A stretch of DNA of 63,970 bases, filler included, from Klebsormidium nitens (Eukaryota; Plantae; Klebsormidiophyceae): the NCBI GenBank assembly GCA_000708835.1. It is 6 parts of 6 records of this genome, joined end to end, with 100 filler letters (N's around TTAATTAATTAA, not from the genome) between each part and the next. Parts side by side here need not be neighbours in the genome. Positions count along the whole stretch, not along the records: positions 31,493 to 48,764 come from DF237968.1; positions 48,865 to 53,491 come from DF238486.1; positions 53,592 to 56,750 come from DF238602.1; positions 56,851 to 61,914 come from DF238455.1; 2 more parts are not named here. One strand, 5' to 3'. The translations under genes were made by a program, and so were the position numbers. The notes under the pieces were generated by a model that did no database searches, was not told the origin of the DNA, and saw nothing but the letters and a program-made list of their open reading frames with translations. Below, one piece after another: positions 47,637 through 57,770 of this stretch; positions within the stretch are counted from its first letter, which is position 1, and each line of letters opens with the position of its first letter.

Positions 47637-48281
47637 ATGGCAGGCATGGCTTGCTCAAGCTTAAATCCACTCAGCAGCCCCATACTTATCTGCAAGCCTC
47701 GGGTTCGTGCGTTGGGTCCAGTGGTCCCATGCAAGACGTTCATGGAGCCTTACAGGGGCTACTCAAGCGTTTTTAAGGACATAGGCAGCACGCTGTCCAG
47801 AGAGTTGAAGCTCACCTCTGCACCAAGCCAGCTCGGTTACGATGCGCTTCATCCAATGACCGAAGCCAGGGCCAAGAAGAGCGTCAACGAGAGTACAGGC
47901 ATTGAGTACCTTTTGGAGCTGGAGGTCCGTGCTCCAGAATCCAATGATGCAGCCTTCAGGACCCTCGTCCACGCCCGTCCAGGCAGCTCCATCCCCGACA
48001 TGACGATCGCCGCCTTCCTCCAGCCCGGGCTGAGCGCAAGGCTCTCTCTGGAGATGACCCCAGAAGTTGGGGACGCTCCGGCAGCACTTGCACGCTTCTT
48101 TGACCAAGCAGATAAGCTAGCCATCCTCAACCCACAGGCCGTCCAGCAGAACATCAGGAAGGGCCGGGTCGGGTTCCAGACAGCCTCTCCCCTGCAGGAC
48201 CTGCCCACCTTCGAGAAGCTAGCCTGGAGCTTTGTCAAGGAGTGGCTGGTAGTGTCAAGAGGTGGTAGAAAAATAAGGTAG
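47637..48281 (+). CDS. Intronless hypothetical protein, 214 aa
   Basis: ATG-initiated ORF with protein-like composition; no family recognised. Confidence 0.5.
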   Translation: MAGMACSSLNPLSSPILICKPRVRALGPVVPCKTFMEPYRGYSSVFKDIGSTLSRELKLTSAPSQLGYDALHPMTEARAKKSVNESTGIEYLLELEVRAPESNDAAFRTLVHARPGSSIPDMTIAAFLQPGLSARLSLEMTPEVGDAPAALARFFDQADKLAILNPQAVQQNIRKGRVGFQTASPLQDLPTFEKLAWSFVKEWLVVSRGGRKIR

Positions 48282-48864
48282 ATGCGTGCAGGCTCTACAA
48301 ACAAACCTTGTGGAACATGTAAAACCGGTTCTATTCCTGCCCGCTTGTTCCCTTTGCAGAGAGTGCATTCCTCCTCGACGATACGCTGATGGTTGCAACT
48401 TTTTGCCATGTTGTTATTTGCCGCATGCACAACTGTTTTGTCAGTCCCTTGGTGCCTGTGATTACTTAACCTTACCACACACCTGCCCATGAGACGAGTA
48501 GTCAACCAGCATGCAATACCCACGCCTCACATGCCTATGTTGATACCCATGCGGCCTGGGCATCGCGGATCAAAGCCAGAAGTTAGCACGTCGCGGCCGG
48601 TCCGCAACAAGGGACCCTATTTGACGGTTAGTGGCAACCGTAGGGTTTCAATTGAAACCGCGCGGCTTGTTGACGTAATTACGCAGTTTTGATCCAAGCG
48701 TACTGCCTTCACTAATTGGATGACTGGCCGTGACCTTAAGGTTGGAAGGGCTTCTGGGTTGCTANNNNNNNNNNNNNNNNNNNNNNNNNNNNNNNNNNNN
48801 NNNNNNNNTTAATTAATTAANNNNNNNNNNNNNNNNNNNNNNNNNNNNNNNNNNNNNNNNNNNN

Positions 48865-51800
48865 GTTCGATATGAAGATTCATAGACTCGAATCGTCACA
48901 TCTGGACGATCCTCTCGGCCAAGCCGTTGGATTGGGCATGGTCTCTATGTGATGCAGTGGTCGATGTACAGCGCAAGAAGGAGCGCGGCAAAGAGGCCCT
49001 CGAACTCGGTTCCCTGGTCTGTCAAGACCTCTGCTGGCGCGCCGTAGCGTGCCGAGACCTCGATGCACGCGGCTTTCACGTTCTCTGCAGTCTTTGCAGG
49101 AATTGCGGCAATTTCGATCCACTTCGAAAAGTGCTCGATCATGACAACCACGTACTGGTTGCCGGCGGCAGAGGGGAAGGGCATCTTGAAAAGATCGATC
49201 CCCCAACGGTAAAACATGCCCATGATTGGCAGAGGTTTTAGCTCAGGGTCCTTCACCTCGAAGGTGGCCTTGACGCGGTCGCAGACCACACAAGTGCTGA
49301 CCTCCTTCTGGACGTCTCTATACATCCCGACCCACCAATATATGGGCTCGAGCAAGGAGTACGTCTTTTTGACGCCGTAGTGTCCCACATCCAGGTGCAC
49401 GCGGCGAATGAGGTTCACGCGCTGCTATGGTTTGGGTACAATCTTGACTTCGCCAGAAGAGAGGCGCTTGCGAAGCACGTCTTCCTGGAAGTGGTAGCCC
49501 TGGGCACGGTGCCAAATGCGGTCCTTTGCAGGAGCCGTGGCATCATCGAGAAAAGTGCTGTGCTTCAAGTAGGTCATTACCGGCTCATCGTGCCGGATAT
49601 CGCGGTCGAGGTTAACCGGAAACTCTGGATCGATCGGCTGGTCACGCGGCGGTGCGGCGGGCAGCGCGGCGGGCATGGCTCGAACAACCGAGTCCTCGTC
49701 AGTTGTGGGGCCGACCAGTCTTGCCAAGCAAGCAGAAATGATACCCAATTCAGGTTCGGAAACGCGACGGTCCATTCGAGCGTCTGTTGAGTCGTGATCT
49801 GATGGGAGAGGGTTCCCCGAGAGCCCGTCCGCATCCAGATTCTTGAGACCGCTTCGGTGCACGATCTCGAAGTCGTATTCCAGGAGGATGTTAGCCCAGC
49901 GGGCGTGCATTCCAGTGAGTCACATATTGGTCATGAGCCACTTCAAAGGCTCGTGATCCGTAATCAGGGTGAAGTGTCTTCACGGGACAGCTACGGCGCG
50001 ACGCGCGGGTTTAGGTAATTTCGAGGTACTACCTCGATCGCCGGTCAGTGCAACCTGTAATTGACCGATTTACCGACCTCCTTCGACCGTCGAAATTTCG
50101 GTTTTTCCTCGGTCGGATCGAGGTTAAAAGTTCACTCGGTCGGACTCGCCGCTACTGTGAAGTACTAGGTCCGACTGCCGTACGCGGTACATCTCGACCA
50201 AGTACTAAGGGTACGGTACCTAACCGACTGCTTAGGGTCCCAACCGGCTGTACTGATACCCTCCGATTCAACACTCATAATGATTGGTAGCTACCATCGA
50301 CGGTGCGCGATGGTGAGTGTCAAAGGTGGTAGGCTAGAAAGGCCCCATTTCTAGGCTGGTTGAAACCACCTCACGAATTTTGGTAGGATGGTCTGGGTGC
50401 ACCTAAAATTAACGGGGCCTTCGGTCTTTGAGGAAGAAGGGAGCTTGCGATTCCTTGCTAATATGGCGTTTTACACCAAGCATGAGGCCACCATGGCCAT
50501 GGTTTTTCATACCTTTCTAGCAGACATATGGGGATTGGAACAATAAAAGTAAATGTTGGAATTTCATTGGGAGGCCTTGCACTACCACTAGACCAAAGGA
50601 CAACCCTGCCTCCTCTTGAATACACATGCTATGGAGTTGTATACTTGGCTCAATTTAAGGGGCAAATTCCTTTCTTTCCAAAGGAAATTCCGAGGTTTTG
50701 CAAATAATACCTCAGTTATTCGCCGGTACGACCGTCGCCGCACCTCCGATGTACTCCAAATTTACCTCGGGAAACCGTCGACCGACGGACGATTAACCTA
50801 CGCAAAATTGGTCCGACCGAGGTAAACCGTAGAAAATTTCCGGTCGGACCGAGGTCCGCGAGTCGCGCCGTAGCGGTCCCGTGTTCCATCGAGGTACACG
50901 CTGAAGATCTGGACTCCCCAGACAGCCGCAAGACACTCTCCCTGGTAGCTCGAGTAATTGCGCTCCGTTCGGTTGTTACTCCGGGAGGCGTATGCAACTA
51001 CGAACTCCTTGTTCTCCTCGTCTCTCTGAGCAAGAACGGCGCCTAGGCCTTCTGCACTCCAGTCAGTGTGGAGCTCGAACGGCAGAGCGAAGTTGGGTCT
51101 CCTCAAGATAGGAGCTTCGGTCAGCTTGACCTTGAGCTGCTCAAAAGCATGCTGAGCTTCGGCCGTCCATCTCCATGGCACGTCCTTCTGCAGCAGCTTG
51201 TTCAAAAAAGCGGCGATGCTGGAGTAGTTCGGAACATAGCGCCGATAGTAACCAGCTGTGCCGAGAAAGGCACGCAGCGAGGGCACGTCATGAGGCGCGG
51301 CCATTTTGAGGATGGCTTCAACTTTCGCCTGCTGCGGTGCGGTACCGTTGGGCACCACGAAGTGGCCCAGGTACTCGACGTCTGACACAACCAGTCTCAT
51401 CTTTTTGGGATGACACTTGATGCGCTTAGCGCGCAATGCGCTGAGGACGGCTCGTTGGTGAACGAGGTGTTCCTCGAACGACTTGCTGAAGATGATCACA
51501 TCATCGATGTAGCAGCGGCAGAACTCGTACTGCGCGCGCAAGGTAGTGTCCATCAACCGTTGGAAGAAAGCCGGAGCGTTCTTGAGTCCCAACGGCATGA
51601 CGACCCACTCGTAAAGTCCCTTAGGACCCCAGAAAGCCGTTTTGCAACAGTCCTTCTCGTCGAGAGCGACTTGGTGGTATCCCCACCTCAGGTCGAGGGT
51701 GGTGAACCAGGTCGCGCCTTCTAGCTGATCAAGGATCTCTTCTGGCGTAGGCAACGGATAATGATCCGTAATGCTGACTTTGTTCAGCTCGCGATAATCT

Positions 51801-52371
51801 TCGCACGGGCGTTTCAGGGTCCAATTCCCGTGCTCGTACTTCTTAGGCGGCATGGTAGTGGGAAAGGCCCATCGAGACGTCGAGGGGCGAACGAAGCCAC
51901 ACTTGAGTCGTTCCTCAATGTGTTCGCTCAGGCTCTCGTTCTCGGACTGTGACAGCCGGTATTTCTGCCGAAATATTGGCGTCTCGTCCGTGAGCGGAAT
52001 CGAAAACGTTTCTCCCTTGACAGTGGGTGCCGCCTAAGAAGTACTCTCTCATGTCGTGAGCGAAAACGTCGCGATACTCGTCGAGTATCTCTCTCAGGTC
52101 TGCATTCTGCTTAGCAGTGAGATGATCTCCCATCTTCCATTCGATGTCCCCCTCCTCATCGCTAACTAGCTCAGGAAGATCGTGGTAAGGATCATCTGGA
52201 TCGGAAGGTTCGGCGTTCGGAACCGAGGGAATTTCGGTCCGTGGTTCCGTGTTGCTCGATGGCTTCTCCGGCGAAGCTTTCTCTCGAGTCGCATCCAGGG
52301 TCTTCTCGTTGGAAGCTTTCTCCTGGGGTTCAACCAGGGGGTCGTCCCTCTCTGGCTTCTTCTCTTTCGGG
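48865..52371 (-). mobile_element. Degenerate Ty3/gypsy LTR retrotransposon pol (RT-RNase H-integrase)
   Basis: RT: LDLRWGYHQV, YIDDVIIFS. RNase H: LHTDWSAEGLGAVL, TDHEPLKWL. Integrase: HHCC (VHLDVGHYG...CVVC) and D-D-E (GIDL, TDQG, AERIV). Domain order is gypsy-type. In-frame stops at 49920-22, 49425-27 and 48945-47, plus a frameshift near 52030. Confidence 0.95.
49981..50883. mobile_element. 903-bp non-autonomous CAC...GTG TIR element (CMC/EnSpm-like) with a 2-bp TSD (TT), inserted in the gypsy RNase H
   Basis: TIRs CACGGGAC(A/C)GCTACGGCGCGAC(G/T)CGCGG are 26/28 identical. TT flanks both ends. Removing the element restores YLDGRHFTLITDHEPLKW. Many CCGAC/GTCGG subterminal motifs. Confidence 0.92.
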
Positions 52372-53225
52372 GTGTAATCACGTATGTTTTTCGCTTTCGC
52401 CGTTCAATCAAGGCACTTCGACTGTGCACCGACATGATATCGCACCGACCCATGACCGCATGACAGTTGTCATGCCGTGTGCTGTCGTTGCCGTGAAGGC
52501 TCGGCTATAGGGCTTTATGCCCATGCTAGTTGCTAGATGCCGCCACTTGGCCGCCCATCCTAGTTAGACCCCACCTGGGGCTCGCCAATCCTAGAGGGAT
52601 TCCCGCATAGATTGCCGCATCTTAGTGCACAACCGCCGTCAGTAACGGCCGGGGCATGCGCCTAGTGCCATCGTCACTTGTGCACAACGCAAGTACCGCG
52701 CTCGGTACAAACAACCAGGCACTCACACGTTTGCCGTTCTTCCGCTACGGCACTTACCTTGGTTGCGTACTGTGCGCTGGGTACTCGAGCCTGTACGGTA
52801 CATCCGCGCCCTATTTTACCACGTTCGCGCGACTCCGCAGCGCATATTCCGCCGACCGAATCATATACGAGGATCGACATCCTATTTTCGTCCAAGGTGC
52901 CATCGACTCCGCCCTATTGTTCGCACCACTAGGGGTAGTTTGTACTTCGATTAGACTTTGAGCAGACTTCTAGATCGACGTAGACCCTTAGAGACGAGAC
53001 TTTTGACTATAGGCTAGCAAATTCCGTCGTAGCCTATAAACCTTGCGAACAGACGCTCATTCTTCAATTTAATGCAAGTTCGGAATTTCGGTCCGTGGTT
53101 CCGTGTTGCTCGATGGCCTCTCCGGCGAAGCTTTCTCTCGAGTCGCATCTAGGGTCTTCTCGTTGGAAGCCTTCTCCTGGGGTTCAACCAGGGGGTCGTC
53201 CCTCTCTGGCTTCTTCTCTTTCGGG
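52228..53225. repeat. 144-bp direct repeat of gypsy coding sequence (52228-52371, 53082-53225) bracketing an approximately 710-bp LTR-like segment
   Basis: The two copies differ by a few substitutions. The insert starts TGTAATCACG (52373), has CTATAAA near 53035 and ends ...AATGCA (53076). Confidence 0.85.
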
Positions 53226-53660
53226 ATGTCAACTTGACTTCTCCCCCCCCCAAGCTTAGGTGGCCGTCCCGGCACTGGTGTGCTAAGGGTCTGGGCTTGA
53301 GAACGGAGTGTGCGGCGGCGCATAAGTCCGCTCTGCACAAACTCGGCGGCCTCTTGTCGAGTTACCGTTCAAGGTATCCGGTCGCAACACTCCGGAGTGG
53401 GTGCGTTGCGCCGGGTTAACTGTTGTTGAAACACAGCGTTGTTGGAAGTGATATTCAATCAATCAAGTTCACACAATGTATATGGAGTGTTNNNNNNNNN
53501 NNNNNNNNNNNNNNNNNNNNNNNNNNNNNNNNNNNTTAATTAATTAANNNNNNNNNNNNNNNNNNNNNNNNNNNNNNNNNNNNNNNNNNNNGGCGCGGAA
53601 ATCAGATTCATTTCGCACATTGCCGACTTCGCTAATCAGCAAGGACCCCGACTAGAAAAG

Positions 53661-56600
53661 ATGCAACCAGGTCCGAGCCCACCCGGTCCTCGACTGGATT
53701 CGGCAGTTTTGACCGCACCACCGGCTGCGGGGCCCTGCCAGACTGCACGCCTTGCAGAAAATCATAACAGCCATCTACCAGCAAGGTCCGCTGGAGCTCA
53801 GTCAGCTCAACATCAAGCACTGCACCCACCGAGTCAGAAACATGTTCGTGCGGGGAGCCTTATTGTAGATGCCTCGAGGTTGCAGCCGATCGATTCACTA
53901 GCCACAAAATGCGCAATCTGTAAGCAAACGCTGATAGCAAAACATGCCGATGGGTACCGGTTGTCGTTTCCAAAGTCGCATCTGCTGAAGGGGTTTGCGG
54001 TTACCGAGCAGAACTCGAGGGTCAGTGGGCAACGGAAGGAAGAACCCCTTTGCTTGCAATGTGTGGGCCGGCATATCGGCCCCGTATCAGAGTCAGCGGA
54101 CGGTCTTGTGATCTCTGTTGCCAGGTTAGACTGGGCAGGGCCAGATGAGGTCTTGTTTCAGCGCTCCTCAAAAGCGCAGCCATGGCGCCAGCTGAAAGCG
54201 CTGCTGGGAGAGAAGCTGAAGCCCCTCATTCTCAAGGATCAGGAAGCGAAGCAAGAGTTTGGGGGGCGGCGTGGTAGTACTGCAGCTGAGGCTGCACTCA
54301 ACAGAGGGCGGAGAGCAGGGGAGGTCCCGAGAGCAAACGCCCCCTCAACGGTGAGAGTTCGAGTGCCCCAGTCCAACGTGCTCAATGTTTGAAATCAGTC
54401 TTGCAGGACTTGTTGCTCGTCGTGGTTTTGCTTTGCGTCTGTGTGGCAATGCACTTTGAGAATGTGAGTTGCTTTTGTCATATACGATACTTGCACGGCA
54501 ACGTTTTAGCAGCGCTCGCACTCTGATCTGTGACTGCACCATGCAAAGCTTGACATAGTTAGCGGTTAAAACGATGTGAAGAGCAAAATGACATGTTCAC
54601 CGCTTGTTGCATGATGAGTTTCTGGAAATGGAACCCCAGAAGGCAGCTGAAAGTCGCACTTGTGTGCACGGCTGGCAGCACTGAAGAGGGTCAACTTATG
54701 GCTGTGATTATTTATGTGCAGGAGAGCCGCAGCCAAGCTTTGCCCACGGACTCCCGCGACGCCGATGGCCGCCTTACCATCGCTTCGCAAGCTGCCAAGT
54801 TCACCGACGGCATCAAAGAAGGGCAGTGCGTCTTGTACAGTGTTGGAGAAGAGGACTCTCCGAGCACAGTGTACCTTGGCACTGCTTGGGATCACAACAA
54901 TGCAAGACCAAAGCCGCTGGGACGGCCGAGCAAGGTGCGGGCGCTGCTCGAAACGGTCCATTGGGACACAAGAGGGGTCCCAAGCTGCACGTGTGATCGG
55001 GGGCGGCTGTACTTCAACGCCCCATGCGTGCACAAGCTCGCGCTGCAGGCGCTGGAAAGACCAAGGCAAGCAAGCCACATCTCTCTGCAGAAGGGGCCCA
55101 GGGTGGTTGAGGCACCTTGCAGACCAGGCGAGAGAGTCTTCGGCGTGCATTGGAACGCAGCGTCCTCCTCGCCGCGAAGGACCATGGTGCACTTTGGCGC
55201 CAGCGAGCAGTTCCCTTGGTACTGCGAAGGAAGACAAAGCGGTTGTTCAAAGACCGCTGACTGCAGCCACATCCTAGAGGTGAAGAGAGCCTTGCAGCGC
55301 CCAGATGGGGTTCACAGAGTGAGCGGGTGTCTCTTTTCGGAGGCGCAGCTTGAGCGGGCCCTAGTTTCCGTTCATCACGGGGGAAATGTCGTGCGAGTTG
55401 GGGCAGGGGGTGCAGCAGAGAACGGCGTGCCTGCGGGATGCGATGACACTCATGCATCAGGTCCGAATGAAGCCCCGGGCTCCCCTTCGGAGGACGCACC
55501 CCAAGAGCTGGAACAGTATCTCCTCGAGCTGGTCACTGGCGGCCACCACGAGGCGACCTGCAAGGGGGAGACCTGCTTCTGCAAGCAGCATCCTAGGTTG
55601 TTTGGCGGGGTTGTTATGGACGTCGGGGCGTGCCACACGCCAGGGTGTTGCAGCTCTGCGTCTGCAAGCGGGAAGCGGGCTCGATCGGAGCAAGTGGATG
55701 GGAGCGCACCTGCTGAGGGAAAGCCAGGGGTGAAGCGGAGGAGCAAAGCGTTTTGGGCCGCCAAGGGGCGCGACGCAGCAGAGCCAATGGCAGCAGACGG
55801 CGCGCGCAGCTGCGAAGAAGAGGCCGAGAGCTGCAGTGGTGTTGGTGTGGGGAAGCATGGCGAGGTCATGGTCCCGGTGTGCACGAGCTGCGCTTGTCCT
55901 TCCAGGGCGTGCACCCATGGCGCATCAGGGCGCGTCGCAGTGGTGCTTCCTATGGAGGCAGAGGGGGTCCAGGTCGAGATCCCCAAGCTGGTGCGCCCGG
56001 TGGACAGCTGGGATGTCCACGACCCTGAGGTCATCCTATTGCGCCAACCTGTGAGGGTCAGCGAGCTGGTGGGGCAGGACTTTGCAGAGCTCAGCGCGAT
56101 GGAGTGTCTGTCCGCCCCTTGCCCCAGGGCGCCTCCCCCCTGCAAGACTGGATGGATGGGGCTTTGGCAATCCGCGCACATCTACTCCCTGCAGTGGGCT
56201 CAAGAGGTGAGACCGTATGGACGTCCAGGCATGTTGCGCGGAAGTTGCGCATAGAAGCGTGTTTCCTTGCATCGAGAAGGCGCTGTAGAAACTGACGCCC
56301 GCTTGACCTGCTGTCAGGGCTCTTGAGCGTATGGTTTTAGTCACAAAGGAGTCCTTTTTCTATAAAGATCTGATAGCGACTATTGACTGCGGCTCTGCTG
56401 TCGTGGCAAGCGGGTCAGAATAGCGGGCTCACTGTCAGTCAAAAAGGAGTCTCTTTTATATGATGATAAGCGGGCTACTTCTGACTCAGCTCTGGTGACG
56501 TGGAAAGCGGGTCGGAGTGCGGCGGACTCAGTCAAAGAGGAGCCTCTTTTCTTTGGAGATCAGAGGGCGACTTTGACTGCGGATAAATGTTGACGTGCTC

Positions 56601-56750
56601 ACTATCAGTCAAAAAGGAGTTGCTTTTCTATAGAGATCAGATGGCGACTATTGACTGCGGCTGGTTGGAAAAAGGGCACGTGCCCCGCGTCCAGCCCTGA
56701 TTGCTTTCCTGATGATGGTTTCCTTATCACAACCTTCCTTCTCTGCAGGT
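53661..56750 (+). CDS. 5' part of a spliced SWIM zinc-finger / Cys-cluster protein (probably KDZ- or MULE-type transposase-derived), continuing into a gap
   Basis: SWIM-like CTCDRGRLYFNAPCVH and CEGRQSGCSKTADCSH, plus more Cys clusters. Introns 54351-54721 and 56207-56748 are GT-AG, the first is frame-consistent, and the next exon starts at 56749. No DDE core is visible. Confidence 0.6.
56339..56662. repeat. Four degenerate 77-98 bp tandem units in an intron
   Basis: Units start AGTCA(C/A)AA(A/G)(A)GGAG at 56339, 56437, 56530 and 56607, each followed about 45 bp later by TGACT(G/C). Confidence 0.8.
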
Positions 56751-57484
56751 NNNNNNNNNNNNNNNNNNNNNNNNNNNNNNNNNNNNNNNNNNNNTTAATT
56801 AATTAANNNNNNNNNNNNNNNNNNNNNNNNNNNNNNNNNNNNNNNNNNNNCTCGGTGATCCGGTGGCTTTTCTAGTTCAATACAGCTGGCTGCCTACCGG
56901 GTATGGTCGGACTATATTTTTAGCATTTTATATCTGCATGTTGCTTTATCCGGTATACTCAAGGTACGTACCGTACCATGCTAGGAACCAGCATACGGTA
57001 CCTACGCACCTCGCTTCCCCCCAGAATATTACCATCCAGTTGTAAGTCAGCTTCATGCGGAAGTCTGGCTCTATTGACGGACTACTCAACCGCTCCGGGG
57101 GGTTTGCAGTCTTCGGAGCAACCGGGCGTATATTCTAGAAAATAAAAGGTATTCTCTGTAATCTATTCCAGTGGGACAAATGTGTCAGAAATCATTAAAA
57201 ACGCCCCGGTCGCGCTTTTTTGCAAAAATGGCAACGGCGGTCCAGCGGCGAATAAGATCAGCGCGCGGCGACCGTAAACTGGTCTGACAAACGCGGAGCC
57301 GTCGAAACAGTGACTAGAAACAACCGCCCAGGCCCAAAAAAAGATCGTTCGCACGAGGGACAAAAAAGTTAAAACTTTTGCCCCGTTCGATAGATCGACT
57401 CCAGGCCCGTCGATCCAACCTACTACCAAATCGAGCATTTTCGTTCGACATTAGAATAGTGTCCCGCAGTGGACGATGCGATAC

Positions 57485-57516
57485 CTCGGTTTTAGGGTTT
57501 TCAACCCTAAACCGAG
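57485..57516. promoter_or_regulatory. Hairpin built from telomere-like/telo-box motifs upstream of the gene at 57771
   Basis: CTCGGTTTTAGGGTT-TTC-AACCCTAAACCGAG. Confidence 0.5.
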
Positions 57517-57770
57517 CTAAAAATAATTATAGAAGTGTCCACGTGGGAGAGCGGTAACCAAATTCCGGTAGGGCTGTAACCCAGTACTTGACCAAGCTGC
57601 ATGTACTGTGAATTTGGACCGTTCGATAGTCCATCTCTTGGGTCGAGGGCCCAAGTTACGGTCAGCGCCCAGGGACGGGTGGGGTTAGTTTAGGGGTTAG
57701 GGGTACGGGTGCGGAGCGCATAGGTTTGTATCTTCAAACTTCAAGTTCCACTTCGTGTCGTCGTGTCGGC

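Noticed and set aside
48644-48659. Perfect 16-bp palindrome GGTTTCAATTGAAACC near the right edge of the viral contig
   Set aside because: Isolated, with no partner or TSD; cannot be called a viral terminus.
50798-50883. C-terminal tail of the 351-aa RT ORF (TRDRYGATRG...)
   Set aside because: Read-through into the inserted TIR element, not retrotransposon protein.
53238-53256. Purine tract (minus strand AAGCTTGGGGGGGGGAGAAG) as a PPT
   Set aside because: Not followed by TG, so no LTR boundary can be assigned.
56339-56662. Repeat-spacer look suggesting a CRISPR array (also 32058-32131)
   Set aside because: Eukaryotic context, degenerate repeats, non-unique spacers and no cas genes.
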